Shown: piece after piece, positions 1 through 12,807 of the stretch
How the letters are laid out: each line of letters begins with the position of its first letter
Numbering within the stretch: position 1 is the first letter of the stretch
Assembly: GCA_964016885.1 (NCBI GenBank)
Contig: OZ024746.1
Coordinates: 93,620,001 to 93,684,000, forward strand
DNA: 64,000 nt
Origin: Eledone cirrhosa
Taxonomy: Eukaryota
Reading direction: 5' to 3'
Notes under the pieces: model-generated
The model's input: only the letters and a program-made list of their open reading frames with translations
Told to the model about the DNA's origin: nothing
Database searches by the model: none
Translations under genes and position numbers: made by a program

Positions 1-313
1 GTGTTAGAAGTGGTGGTGGTGGTGGAGCGGATGATAGTGATAGTGGTGAGGGAGGATGGTAATGGTGATGATGGTAGTATTGATGGTGACAGAGAAAGAA
101 AGCGATAAGGAGATAAAGAGAGAGAGGGTGCTATAGATTGTTCTGCCGTTCAATGCTATCTCTCTACACCATTGCAATATAATACACTCATATCAGCTAC
201 TTTCTCACGCTCCCTAAGACCACCTCGATGGATTCTTATCTATCCTTGTATTTCACCTGGCTGCACTTGTTGATGTTGTTGTTGTTGTTGTTGACGTTTC
301 CACTTGGCAGCAA

Positions 314-408
<95 letters not shown>

Positions 409-445
409 ATACTGATGCTGATACTGATGCTGATACTAGTAACGC

Positions 446-492
446 ATTCCTGATGATTTCTCCCGAATGAAACAGTTCTAGTCCTGTAGAAG
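446..492 (+). ncRNA. Type-I hammerhead ribozyme (minimal, PLE-type) in a ~130-bp PLE 3' terminus (440-568)
   Basis: ttc-CTGATGA-tttctcccgaat-GAAA-cag(ttctagtc)ctg-TA-gaa: intact core, 3-bp stems I and III. Same family at 39966-40008 (-), 14595-14706 and 28410-28450. Confidence 0.7.
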
Positions 493-578
493 CCATTTCT
501 ATATTAAATATTTATACTCTGCTACCTTACTTATTGTAGTTAACCCCGATTGAACCTGGGATAAACATATATATATAA

Positions 579-653
<75 letters not shown>

Positions 654-657
<4 letters not shown>

Positions 658-871
658 AGAAGTTATATTTAATTTGTTGGGATGCAACAAGTAAATATTT
701 TTATAACTGATATAAAGCACTCAACAAATTATTGGAGTAAAACTACAATATATTAACAAATGGAAACTATATTTATAAAACCATATTTATTTTATTATAC
801 ATTTGGTGTCCTTGAAATATATATAATGAAATAAATATGGTTTTATAAATATAGTTTCCATTTGTTAATAT

Positions 872-872
<1 letters not shown>
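654..872. mobile_element. Fold-back PLE terminus (same family as 36005-36430) in (TA)n
   Basis: Inverted arms ~750-800/820-872 meet at ttggtgtcctt-GAAA-tatata-TA-atgaaata (3' half of a hammerhead). gcactcaa motif at 717-724. Confidence 0.7.
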
Positions 873-939
<67 letters not shown>

Positions 940-995
940 AGAAGGTAGTACAGCATAATCGAGGCTCTGGTTGCGGGCAAGCTAACGAATGAAAT

Positions 996-1050
<55 letters not shown>

Positions 1051-1054
<4 letters not shown>

Positions 1055-1261
1055 AATAATAATAAATTTGAAGACTAAAATCCAAAGAGGGCTCGATAAG
1101 GATAAATATATATCAAATATATAAGAACCGTAGAGCAAATATTTATTAAAATAACAGATTAAAGTTTAAGCAAAGAATCGCTGCTTTCACCCTTAACGGG
1201 ATCTTTCAGAAGGGTGAAAGCAGCGATTCTTTACTTAAACTTTAATCTGTTATTTTAATAT
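1051..1261. mobile_element. Fold-back PLE-like terminus with degenerate hammerhead; second copy at 40241-40308
   Basis: Inverted arms 1144-1194/1210-1260. The minus strand reads CTGAAAGA-tcccgttaagggt-GAAA. TA flanks. Confidence 0.55.
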
Positions 1262-1287
1262 ATATATATATATACGTATGTGTGTGA

Positions 1288-1318
<31 letters not shown>

Positions 1319-1910
1319 CGTATATACCTCTCAAGTGTTGGCTGGGCGCAAGGTATGTGTGCCGGGCTGATGATAATTCTGTCGCTGTTGTTACTGCTGT
1401 TGTCATTATCTTCTACAAGGTACTGACCCCCACATGTTTGTAGTTTATTAACCTATACAGGAGAATGTGGGTTGTGTGTATGGTAAAGAGACGTAGTTGT
1501 AGTAGTGTTGGTGTTGATGAGCTATAGAGAGGAGGTTGCGCAGTCGGGTAGATAGTTGAGTGGTTTTACTGGGGAGGGGTACCTCTTAGAAACCAGATGT
1601 TATAGCAATGGCCTTCTTAAACCCTTTTGCCACCCTTTCATTTTGCTCTTCGCCCCCCCCCCCCCCTCTTTCATCTTTTTTTTTCTCTTTAATTCACTCC
1701 CAGGTCTTGAATAACCCCACCCCCACCTACCGCTTATTAATTTTTCAGATTTTTTCCACCACCCCCGATTTTATTCTAGCCCAGCCCACACTTATTAAAT
1801 TTTACTAATCATTTTATTGCAAGTGAATCATATTGATACAGCAGCTGGAGAATCTAATAATTATTTTATTTTACATTAAAAATAAACAACAACATTATGT
1901 ATAACAAGGT

Positions 1911-2060
1911 GGGGGGTGGATTGGCAGTATCGGTAGAAGGTCGGACACCATGCTTTGCAGCAAAGAGTTACGGCCCTTTATGGTCTGTGTTCAAATCCCG
2001 TCGAGGTTAACTTTGCCTTTCATCCTGACGGGGTCGATAAAATAAAGTACCAGTAATACA
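1911..2060 (+). mobile_element. tRNA-derived SINE family A (Meta-domain-like). Other copies: 2713-2892(-), 13970-14162, 21299-21480, 22250-22545, 27008-27225, 45785-46322 (x3), 49822-49922(-), 50433-50615(-), 51568-51757(-), 51890-52060(-), 54210-54390(-), 54432-54623
   Basis: A-box-like ttggcagtatcgg, B-box gagttcaaatcc, core aactttgcctttcatccttacggggtcgataaaataaagtaccag, ~15 near-identical copies. Long TSDs around 13970 (attatttattttgtaa) and 54432 (attaccccagtaacaat). Confidence 0.9.
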
Positions 2061-2339
2061 CTCTTAGTACGGCACTTACTTAAATGTAAGTATGTATATA
2101 TCCATACATACTTATATGTATACAGACCGTTCCTGTGTCAGTGTTGAACAAAAAGGTGACGGGGTTGCCTAAACACTGTACGGCATAATTCGGGCTGTTT
2201 GTTTGTTTACAAACAAGCAGAGCATTATAATAAATGTTCGGTAAACCGATACGTGCATATATATATGTGTGCATGTATGTATATATATACTACTGTACGT
2301 CTGTATACATATATGTATGTACGGATACATACATACATA

Positions 2340-2345
<6 letters not shown>
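2059..2345. mobile_element. Fold-back element of the 22551-23100 family
   Basis: 2127-2300 is the reverse complement of 22590-22760. The left ~45 bp is an inverted copy of the right end. Confidence 0.6.
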
Positions 2346-2396
<51 letters not shown>

Positions 2397-2398
2397 CC

Positions 2399-2434
<36 letters not shown>

Positions 2435-2436
<2 letters not shown>

Positions 2437-2623
2437 CGAAGGAAATGTGGTAAGGAACCAGGTGGACCATAACGCACCAAAGTACTCAATACTTAGGGTA
2501 GTAGAGTGGGTAATAGGAACAAGTAAGACCCCGACGGCTGAGCTCAAGCCGTTTCGACGGCTAATTCAGTACAGAATTAGCCGTCGAAATGGCTTGAGCT
2601 CAGCCGTCGGGGTCTTACTTGTT

Positions 2624-2627
<4 letters not shown>
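2435..2627. mobile_element. Most abundant fold-back PLE-terminus family. Other copies: 8156-8305, 13131-13187, 15141-15344, 28504-28727, 34951-35172, 35239-35368, 40471-40590, 47240-47380, 47474-47608
   Basis: Copies sit in (TA)n. Hairpin centre cggctaattc-agtcca-gaattagccgtc is followed by GAAA-cggct(tgagctc)agccg-TC-ggggtc (hammerhead stem II, stem III, cleavage triplet). attgagtac lies near the 3' end. Confidence 0.75.
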
Positions 2628-2658
<31 letters not shown>

Positions 2659-3337
2659 GTCACCTTCTATATTCTCCTGAAAAAATAAAAAAATAAATAT
2701 ATATATATATATAGTTTCTAATTTTGGCACGAGGCCAGCGTTACCTCAGTGAATCACTGGTACTTTATTTTATCAACCTCGTAAAGATGAAAGGCAAAGT
2801 TAACCACGGCGGAATTTGAACTCAGAACACAAAAGGCCATAGCTCTATGCTGCAAAGCATGGCGTCTGACGCTCTACCGATACTGCCAAACCAGCACATA
2901 AGTATTTATAAGCCAGCTTGCTGTCCAGCGAAACCGAAGCGGGGCGTTCCGTTGAGATTTTAATTAGTATACCAGCTCTGCACATAAACATGCATTGAGT
3001 ATTACTTTTATCTGTAGTCTTTCCGCTCTCCGTACCACGACACTTCATATGTGTATGTGTGAGGGATTTGTATATGTGCGTGTGTGCGTGTGTGTGTATG
3101 TATGTGCATGTGTGTGTGTGTGTGTCCGTGTGTGCGTATGTGTGTGTGTCCGTGTCCGTGTGTGTGTGCGCGCGTTTGTGTGTGTATATGTGCGAATGTG
3201 TGTATGTGCGTGTGTGTGTATGTGCGTGTGTGTGTATGTGTGTGTGTGTGTGCGTGTGTGTGTATGTATGTGCATGTGTGTGTGTCCGTGTGTGTATGTG
3301 TGTGTGCGTGTGTGTGTGTGTGTGTGTATCTGTGTGT

Positions 3338-3377
<40 letters not shown>

Positions 3378-3385
3378 CTGTGTGT

Positions 3386-3418
<33 letters not shown>

Positions 3419-3525
3419 CACGCGCATCGCAGCAGAGCTTTTTGTAATCGTCCGAACTATCGTGTGTACAAGACACACGTACATCTTTGAGAACCGTGGG
3501 AATGTTCAGGAGAATATAGAAGGTG

Positions 3526-5808
3526 ACTTGGCAGTGTCGGTGGAGGGTCGGGCGCCATGTTAGAGTGGGGGATTGGCAGTGTCGGTGGAGGGTCGGGCGC
3601 CATGTTAGAGTGGGGGATTGGCAGTATCGGTGGAGGGTCGGACGCCATGTTAGGGTGGGGGATTGGCAGTGTCGGTGGAGGGTCGGGCGCCATGTTAGAG
3701 TGGGGGATTGGCAGTGTCAGTGGAGGGTCGGACGCCATGTTAGAGTGGGGGATTGGCAGTGTCGGTGGAGGGTCGGGCGCCATGTTAGAGTGGGGGATTG
3801 GCAGTGTCGGTGGAGGGTCGGGCACCATGTTAGAGTGGGGGATTGGCAGTGTCGGTGGAGGGTCGGGCGCCATGTTAGAGTGGGGGATTGGCAGTGTCGG
3901 TGGAGGGTCGGGCGCCATGTTAGAGTGGGGGATTGGCAGTGTCGGTGGAGGGTCGGGCGCCATGTTAGAGTGGGGGATTGGCAGTGTCGGTGGAGGGTCG
4001 GGCGCCATGTTAGAGTGGGGGATTGGCAGTGTCGGTGGAGGGTCGGACGCCATGTTAGAGTGGGGGATTGGCAGTGTCGGTGGAGGGTCGGACGCCATGT
4101 TAGGGTGGGGGATTGGCAGTGTCGGTGGAGGGTCGGGCGCCATGTTAGAGTGGGGGATTGGCAGTGTCGGTAGAGGGTCGGACGCCATGTTAGGGTGGGG
4201 GATTGGCAGTGTCGGTGGAGGGTCGGGCACCATGTTAGGGTGGGGATTGGCAGTGTCGGTGGAGGGTCGGGCGCCATGTTAGAGTGGGGGATTGGCAGTG
4301 TCGGTGGAGGGTCGGGCACCATGTTAGGGTGGGGGATTGGCAGTGTCGGTGGAGGGTCGGGCGCCATGTTAGAGTGGGGGATTGGCAGTGTCGGTAGAGG
4401 GTCGGACGCCATGTTAGGGTGGGGGATTGGCAGTGTCGGTGGAGGGTCGGACGCCATGTTAGAGTGGGGGATTGGCAGTGTCGGTAGAGGGTCGGGCGCC
4501 ATGTTAGAGTGGGGGATTGGCAGTGTCGGTGGAGGGTCGGACGCCATGTTAGAGTGGGGTATTGGCAGTGTCGGTAGAGGGTCGGGCGCCATGTTAGAGT
4601 GGGGGATTGGCAGTATCGGTGGAGGGTCGGACGCCATGTTAGAGTGGGGGATTGGCAGTGTCGGTAGAGGGTCGGACGCCATGTTAGGGTGGGGGATTGG
4701 CAGTGTCGGTGGAGGGTCGGACGCCATGTTAGAGTGGGGGATTGGCAGTGTCGGTAGAGGATCGGGCGCCATGTTAGAGTGGGGGATTGGCAGTGTCGGT
4801 GGAGGGTCGGACGCCATGTTAGAGTGGGGGATTGGCAGTGTCGGTAGAGGGTCGGACGCCATGTTAGGGTGGGGGATTGGCAGTGTCGGTGGAGGGTCGG
4901 ACGCCATGTTAGAGTGGAGGATTGGCAGTGTCGGTAGAGGGTCGGACGCCATGTTAGGGTGGGGGATTGGCAGTGTCGGTGGAGGGTCGGACGCCATGTT
5001 AGAGTGGGGGATTGGCAGTGTCGGTGGAGGGTCGGGCGCCATGTTAGAGTGGGGGATTGGCAGTGTCGGTAGAGGGTCGGGCGCCATGTTAGAGTGGGGG
5101 ATTGGCAGTGTCGGTGGAGGGTCGGGCGCCATGTTAGAGTGGGGGATTGGCAGTGTCGGTGGAGGGTCGGACGCCATGTTAGAGTGGGGGATTGGCAGTG
5201 TCGGTGGAGGGTCGGGCGCCATGTTAGAGTGGGGGATTGGCAGTGTCGGTGGAGGGTCGGACGCCATGTTAGAGTGGGGGATTGGCAGTGTCGGTAGAGG
5301 GTCGGACGCCATGTTAGGGTGGGGGATTGGCAGTGTCGGTGGAGGGTCGGACGCCATGTTAGAGTGGGGGATTGGCAGTGTCGGTGGAGGGTCGGGCGCC
5401 ATGTTAGAGTGGGGGATTGGCAGTGTCGGTGGAGGGTCGGACGCCATGTTAGAGTGGGGGATTGGCAGTGTCGGTAGAGGGTCGGACGCCATGTTAGGGT
5501 GGGGGATTGGCAGTGTCGGTGGAGGGTCGGACGCCATGTTAGAGTGGGGGATTGGCAGTGTCGGTAGAGGGTCGGACGCCATGTTAGGGTGGGGGATTGG
5601 CAGTGTCGGTGGAGGGTCGGACGCCATGTTAGAGTGGGGGATTGGCAGTGTCGGTAGAGGGTCGGGCGCCATGTTAGAGTGGGGGATTGGCAGTGTCGGT
5701 GGAGGGTCGGATGCCATGTTAGAGTGGGGTATTGGCAGTGTCGGTAGAGGGTCGGGCGCCATGTTAGAGTGGGGGATTGGCAGTGTCGGTGGAGGGTCGG
5801 ACGCCATG
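3526..5808 (+). repeat. 45-bp G-rich minisatellite (~51 units) derived from the head of SINE family A; the SINE body follows at 5809-5955
   Basis: Unit ggggattggcagtgtcggtggagggtcggacgccatgttagagtg matches the SINE 5' end (ggattggcagtatcggtagagggtcggacgccatg). The last unit continues into the SINE body. Confidence 0.95.
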
Positions 5809-5959
5809 CTTTGACGCGTAGAGTTACGTCCCTTTACGGTCTGAGTTCAAATTCCGCCAAGGTTAACCTTTCATCCTTACGGGGTCGATAAAATAAAGTA
5901 CCAGTAATGCACTGGGTAATTGCTGGCCTTGTGCCAAAAGTAGAAACAATTATTAAAAG

Positions 5960-8016
5960 GGCGGTGGAGGTAGTGGAGGTAGTGGTAGAGGAAGTAGTGG
6001 TAGTGGTAGAGGAGGTAGTGGTAGTGGTAGAGGAGGTAGTGGTAGAGGAGGTAGTGGTAGTGGTAGTGGTAGTGGTAGAGGAGGTAGTGGTAGTGGTAGA
6101 GGAGGTAGTGGTAGTGGTAGTGGTAGTGGTAGTGGTAGAGGAGGTAGTGGTAGTGGTAGAGGAGGTAGTGGTAGTGGTAGAGGAGGTAGTGGTAGTGGAG
6201 GTAGTGATAGTGGTAGAGGAGGTAGTGGTAGTGGTAGAGGAGGTAGTGGTAGTGGTAGTGGTAGTGGTAGAGGAGGTAGTGGTAGTGGTAGAGGAGGTAG
6301 TGGTAGTGGTAGTGGTAGAGGAGGTAGTGGTAGTGGTAGAGGAGGTAGTGGTAGTGGTAGAGGAGGTAGTGGTAGTGGTAGTGGTAGTGGTAGAGGAGGT
6401 AGTGGTAGTGGTAGAGGAGGTAGTGGTAGTGGTAGAGGAGGTAGTGGTAGTGGTAGAGGAGGTAGTGGTAGTGGTAGTGGTAGTGGTAGAGGAGGTAGTG
6501 GTAGTGGTAGAGGAGGTAGTGGTAGTGGTAGTGGTAGTGGTAGAGGAGGTAGTGGTAGAGGAGGTAGTGGTAGTGGTAGTGGTAGTGGTAGAGGAGGTAG
6601 TGGTAGTGGTAGAGGAGGTAGTGGTAGTGGTAGTGGTAGTGGTAGAGGAGGTAGTGGTAGTGGTAGAGGAGGTAGTGGTAGTGGTAGAGGAGGTAGTGGT
6701 AGTGGTAGTGGTAGTGGTAGAGGAGGTAGTGGTAGTGGTAGAGGAGGTAGTGGTAGTGGTAGTGGTAGAGGAGGTAGTGGTAGAGGAGGTAGTGGTAGTG
6801 GTAGTGGTAGTGGTAGAGGAGGTAGTGGTAGTGGTAGAGGAGGTAGTGGTAGTGGTAGTGGTAGTGGTAGAGGAGGTAGTGGTAGTGGTAGAGGAGGTAG
6901 TGGTAGTGGTAGAGGAGGTAGTGGTAGTGGTAGTGGTAGTGGTAGAGGAGGTAGTGGTAGTGGTAGAGGAGGTAGTGGTAGTGGTAGAGGAGGTAGTGGT
7001 AGTGGTAGTGGTAGTGGTAGAGGAGGTAGTGGTAGTGGTAGAGGAGGTAGTGGTAGAGGAGGTAGTGGTAGTGGTAGAGGAGGTAGTGGTAGTGGTAGTG
7101 GTAGTGGTAGTGGTAGTGGTAGTGGTAGAGGAGGTAGTGGTAGTGGTAGTGGTAGTGGTAGTGGTAGAGGAGGTAGTGGTAGTGGTAGTGGAGGTAGTGG
7201 TAGAGAAGGTAGTGGTAGTGGAGGTAGTGGTAGTGGTAGAGGTAGTGGTAGAGGAGGTAGTGGTAGTGGTAGAAGAGGTAGTGGTAGAGGAGGTAGTGGT
7301 AGAGGTAGAGGGGGTAGTGGTAATGGTAGAGGAGGTAGTGGTAGTGGTAGAGGAGGTAGTGGTAGTGGTAGAGGATGTAGTGGTAGTGGTAGAGGGGGTA
7401 GTGGTAGTGGTAGAGGTAGTAGTAGAGGAGGTAGTGGTAGTGGTAGAAGAGGTAGTGGTAGAGGAGGTAGTGGTAGAGGTAGAGGGGGTAGTGGTAATGG
7501 TAGAGGAGGTAGTGGTAGTGGTAGAGGAGGTAGTGGTAGTGGTAGAGGAGGTAGTGGTAGTGGTAGTGGTAGTGAAGGTAGTGGTAGAGGAGGTAGTGGT
7601 AGAGGTAGTGGTAGAGAAGGTAGTGGTAGAGGTAGAGGAGGTAGTGGTAGTAGTAGAGGAGGTAGTGGTAGAGGTAGAGGAGGTAGTGGTAGTAGTAGAG
7701 AAGGTAGTGGTTGAGGTAGAGGAGGTAGTGGAAGTAGTAGAGGAGGTAGTGGTAGAGGTAGAGGGGGTAGTGGTAATGGTAGAGGAGGTAGTGGTAGTGG
7801 TAGAGGAGGTAGTGGTAGTGGTAGAGGAGGTAGTGGTAGAGGTAGTGGTAGAGAAGGTAGTGGTAGAGGTAGAGGAGGTAGTGGTAGTAGTAGAGGAGGT
7901 AGTGGTAGTAGTAGAGGAGGTAATGGTAGAGGTAGAGGGGGTAGTGGTAGTAGTAGAGGTGGTGGTGGTAGTGGTAAAGGAGGTAGTGGTAGTAGTAGAG
8001 GTGGTAGTGGTGATGT
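5960..8016. repeat. Compound GTA/GTG/GAG trinucleotide repeat (~2 kb)
   Basis: Direct reading: (GTAGTG)n punctuated by GAGGAG. Confidence 0.97.
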
Positions 8017-8357
8017 AGTAACTTATATTTCGTTGTCAAACGGGAGATCATGTTTATATTTACAAAAAGAAAAAGGTGAACCCTCACCTGCCACCCCAAC
8101 CACGACCATCACCATCATCCGTTACACATGACTGATATATATATATATGAATAATTATGACCCCGACGGCAGAGCTCAACCGTCGAAAGGGCTTGAGTTC
8201 TGCCGTCGGGGTCATACTTTTTCCTATTTCCCACTCTACTACCCTAAGTATTGAGTACTCTGGTGCGTTATGGTCCATCTGGTTCCTTACCACATTTCCT
8301 TTGTTATATATATATATATAAACATATATGTATATACACATAATATATATACACATA

Positions 8358-8395
<38 letters not shown>

Positions 8396-9008
8396 TTCTT
8401 TCTTCCTTCTTTCTTCTCATGTTTTATATATATATATATAGTTTAGCGAGGTTTTTTATATGAAATCGTGTGTCGAAACAAATATTGTTATACTTGGAGA
8501 GGGTCATATTTGTGTAATATTGCCAGAATTAATAACAGAACACACTCACTGTTTGGTTGGTTTTCGCTTCTCGCTGTCTTTTATATCTGCGATCTAACTT
8601 AATCGGTCCTCAATGTTGCCATTGACTGACCGACGGTCAAAAATAATACAGATACAATATAGACACAAACACATATATATAGTTTACATAATTTACATAA
8701 ATCTTTCGTTGCACATCTGCAACATCGTCAGTGGTGTTATATTTTTTCCTCCTGTTCTGTTGTATGTCTACGCCATTTTTTATTCAGTCTGTCTATATAT
8801 TTATTTATTTATTTGTTTGTTTGTTTATTTTATTTTGTCTTCTTTGCGTATGCGTTTGCGTGTGTGTACAGTGTTGTGTGTGCTGTATGACTAGTGTGTA
8901 TAGTGTTGTGTCTGCTGGGTGACTAGTGTGTGTTTATGTGCTTGTTGTTATTGTGCTTGTGTATGTATTTATTTATCTTATTTTATTTTATTTTATTTAT
9001 TTACTTAT

Positions 9009-11865
9009 TTATACTTCTCTTAGGTCAGTGTTGTTTGTTTGGGTGTTGTTGTTGTTCCACTCATTCTTTCTGTTTAGCTTTGGTCTTCTAATTTCTATTT
9101 CACTGGCCTCTCTGATTTGCCTATCTGCTGGGTCACTCCTATGTTTAGATATTATTCTAATTTCTATGTTGTCTATGTTACCGTCATGTTGTTGTCTAGC
9201 ATGTTCGTATAGTACTGACCCGTTTTTTCGTCCTTTTAGTTCCACCAGTGTTGGTCTATCCTTTCACCTATGCTACGAGCTGTCTCACCTATGTATGTTG
9301 TTGTCATGTTTCTGCAAGTACCCTCTGTACATCTTATGCTATAGACTACGTTTCTAGTTTTACAGTTTATCCGGGGGTTCACCTTACATATGATACATTT
9401 CCTATTAGTACAGTGGGTTTTCTTAAAAGGGTAGGTTTTGCTGATCAGGGATTTTATGGTGGTTCCTGGCTTTTCTACCACCTTTATTTTTAAGTGGGTC
9501 TTTCTCAGGGCCTTTCTACACTGGTTAGCTAATTTCCCTCCAGGGGTGGCGTCCACAAACATGACACTCTGATATCTCTGGTTGTCGTACCATGATGTGG
9601 CCTTCCCTATCTTATGTCTAGCCCTATCTAAGCTATTCCATGATTTGCTCCTGTATAGTGGGCAAATTCCTTTCATGTCCAGTTCTATGAGGGTCTTATA
9701 CTTTTCCATGGCTCCTTCGTATACTCTGACTCTGTCTCTTTGGTTGTAGCCAGAGAACTGCATGCGGTTGATGAAGTGTTGGATGTGTCTTTCCATTTCT
9801 GTTGGGTCGCACATGCTGGACACATTCTTCATCACTCGTACCAAATCTGCGATCAGAATATTAAACTTAGCACTACTGGACATTGCTGAGTTTTTGAGTA
9901 TCAGGTATTTGGAGGCCATGGGTTTAGCATAGTGTGAGTGGAGAATTTGGGCTCTCTCGTCTATAGTGTTAATCCAGAGTTCTGTGTCTAATACAGGTAG
10001 TCTATTGTTAGGGTGTTTGGAAGGGAAGTCGATAGTTACAGTTATACTCTGGTGTATGGAATTAGCTATCTGCTGGATGCTTTCCATCGTGCTACGTTCT
10101 AAATCAAACTTGTTAGTGCTCTCTAGTGGGGGTGTTCTTATAACTATATTGATATCGTCTACATAACGAGAGTACATGATGAGGTCTATGGAGCTTTCAT
10201 TAAGGAGATCTTTAAGTCTCCTTTCCCACCATACCATGAAAAGGTTGGCAACATCACCAGCTATGCTGACGCCGATGGCTGCTCCCTCATTTTGGGTGTA
10301 GATTTTCTCATTGAACTTAAATATGTGGCCCTTTAGGGTAGTTTTGATACTAGCCCCTATAGCATGTGCGACCATTTTTCTTACCTGATCAGTGTTTTGG
10401 TCCACCCAATCCACCTTCCTATGGGAGTCTTTTTAGCCATTGAGGTTATGGTGGGGGGTCTACCTCTTATAGGTCTACTAGGGCAGAAACATCTAAGGTT
10501 ATGGCTGTCTAGGTAGTCAGTGTCGTAGGTAAGTCTAAGTAGGAGGCCCAGTTCGTCTGTGTCGACGTCGCAGAACTCCACCTCACTCTCAATGATCATC
10601 TCCACACATCTTTTCACAGCAAAATCAATGTTAATGGATGGGTACAGTGACACCACATCCATGCTGCCTATTATGCAGTTGGATAGGCTCCTGTTTTTGT
10701 TGCACTCACTGATTCTGCTGAGGAGGTCCTCTGTACTTTCACATACATCTGGGGACATCTTGATTATGGGGCGTATAACCATTGAGAGGAAGTAGGAGAT
10801 CCTGTAGTTGCTAGCTATATTAGCTCCGCATACGGGTCTTGTTGGTGGTCCTGTTGTCGGGTCGTTGACTGTCTTGTGGTCTTTGCGGAGCCCATACAAG
10901 GGTGGTATGCCATTGTTAGACGCCTGGAAGTTGTTGGCAGTGCGTCTGCTTGGCTTTAGGATGTCAGTCCACATCATCATGTGAGCGTTGAGGATTTTTT
11001 CCCTCCCATCGTGTGTTAGTTGTGCAACTTCGCTCGTGTTGGTGATGTGGGGTTGCATAGCCTCGATATAGTTCGGCATGCTATCTATTGACATCCTACC
11101 AGACTTATCTGTGGGTAGACACACTACCTCACCATCCCTTGTGCGCTGCTTGAGGCTAACCAAGCCTTCTACAGGTTTTATCCCAAGTTGTTGGGCCTCT
11201 GGTCTGCTCTGTCTCTTAGTATACCTGTCTACTACTTGTCTAATCTTATTTCTAGCTATGGAGAACTGTGCCTCTGTCTCGTCATCTATTTGCTGTGGTA
11301 TGCAAACTCTTTTATTAAAGGGTAACCTCGTAGGATAGATATTACCCATCTTATATGTTTTGTCAGCTGGGTTGAAAAATAGTTTCTCCAAGGGGTTGTC
11401 ATTATATCTATCGTCATAGTTGTGTGTGTTGTTATTGTTGTTGTTATTATCAGGGTGGTTGTTGTTGTTTCTATCATTAGCACTATTATTATTGTTATGA
11501 TTGCTAGATGTATTGTTGTTTACTTCACCGTTATTGTTGTTGTTGTTACTGTTATTTCTACCATTGTGGTTGTTACTATTATTATGTTTCTTGTTTTTGT
11601 TGATGTTGCTACATGTACTATTTCCATTATTACCACTGTGGTTATTGTTGTTGTTGTTCGTATTGTTACCGTTATTACTACTGTGGTCGCTGCTGCTGTG
11701 TCTGTGGTTAACGTTTGTATTATTATTATTATTGTGGTTGTTGTTGTTCCGTCTATCGCTAGTATTATTGCCATTATCACTATTTCTCACTTTCCTGCCA
11801 TTGTTATGGTTATGGCTGTTATTTCTATACCCAGCTGTTGTTATGGCTGTTATTTCTACACCCAA
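9009..11865 (-). pseudogene. PLE polyprotein: Asn-rich N-terminus + reverse transcriptase + Cys linker + GIY-YIG endonuclease; two frameshifts (~10400, ~9240)
   Basis: PTDKSG, LYGLRKDHK, RPVC, SMDVVSLYPSI, YTQNEGAAIG, YSRYVDDI, LPVLD, HCTNRKCIIC, NVVYSIRC...YIGETARSIGERIDQH, RQIREA...LNRKNEW across ORFs 10381-11865, 9236-10414 and 9009-9245. Confidence 0.92.
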
Positions 11866-12169
11866 ACAAACAACACTGACCTAAGAGAAGTATAAATAAG
11901 TAAATAAATAAAATAAAATAAAATAAGATAAATAAATACATACACAAGCACAATAACAACAGGCACATAAACACACACTAGTCACCCAGCAGACACAACA
12001 CTATACACACTAGTCACACAGCACACACAACACTGTACACACACGCAAACGCATGCGCAAAGAAGACAAAATAAAATAAACAAACAAGCAAATAAATAAA
12101 TAAATATATAGACAGACTGAATAAAAAATGGCGTAGACATACAACACAACAGGAGGAAAAAAAAATATA

Positions 12170-12220
12170 ACACCACTGACGATGTTGCAGATGTGCAACG
12201 AAAGATTTATGTAAATTATG
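12170..12220 (+). ncRNA. Partial hammerhead motif inside the PLE inverted terminus (mirror copy 8685-8737, -)
   Basis: CTGACGA-t-gttgca(gatg)tgcaac-GAAA-gattt(atgt)aaatt. The 3' strand of stem I is not recognisable. Confidence 0.45.
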
Positions 12221-12417
12221 TAAACTATATATATGTGTTTGTGTCTATATTGTATCTGTATTATTTTTGACCGTCGGTCAGTCAATGGCAACATTGAGGA
12301 CCGATTAAGTTAGATCGCAGATATAAAAGACAGCGAGAAGCGAAAACCAACCAAACAGTGCGTGTGTTCTGTTATTAATTCTGGCAATATTACACAAATA
12401 TGACCCTCCCCAAGTAT

Positions 12418-12474
<57 letters not shown>

Positions 12475-12477
<3 letters not shown>

Positions 12478-12807
12478 TTTACGTATCGAGAAAGAGAGAG
12501 AAAAAGGGAGGGATAGGTGATACATATAGTTATTTGCCAAGTAGCGTATGCCAAAGGTGCTCGATACTAGTGCCGGCAGTATTAAATATTCGAAGTGTTA
12601 ATATTTAGTGGGCTAGGGAGTTAGCAGAGCGTAAGCACGTGGAAAAGTGAAAAATCGGAGAATAGACCGTTAAAACATGTTATTTCTATACCCAAACAAA
12701 CAACACTGACCTAAGAGAAGTATAAATAAGTAAATAAATAAAATAAAATAAAATAAGATAAAATTATTTATGCCCTTGAGAAGCCCAACTGGGCGAAACG
12801 TACGTAG

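Larger units (their letters stand above)
8441..12425 (-). mobile_element. Penelope-like retroelement (C-terminal GIY-YIG type, Nematis/Neptune-like) with inverted terminal repeats 8482-9046 / 11858-12425
   Basis: RT and GIY-YIG motifs, near-identical ~565-bp inverted arms, (TA)n on both flanks. Confidence 0.93.

Noticed and set aside
3457-5814. Long ORFs (up to 696 aa) of MASDPPPTLPIPHSN / MLEWGIGSVGGGSDA repeats
   Set aside because: Consequence of a 45-bp stop-free SINE-derived unit. Open on both strands and broken by a frameshift.
5877-8099. 740-aa His/Tyr and 703-aa Val/Glu ORFs
   Set aside because: Trinucleotide-repeat read-through starting inside a SINE, with no unique coding content.
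8482-12425. Inverted termini read as DNA-transposon TIRs or LTRs
   Set aside because: The element encodes RT plus GIY-YIG and no transposase/integrase, and the right arm is an inverted copy of the ORF end/3' UTR, typical of PLEs.
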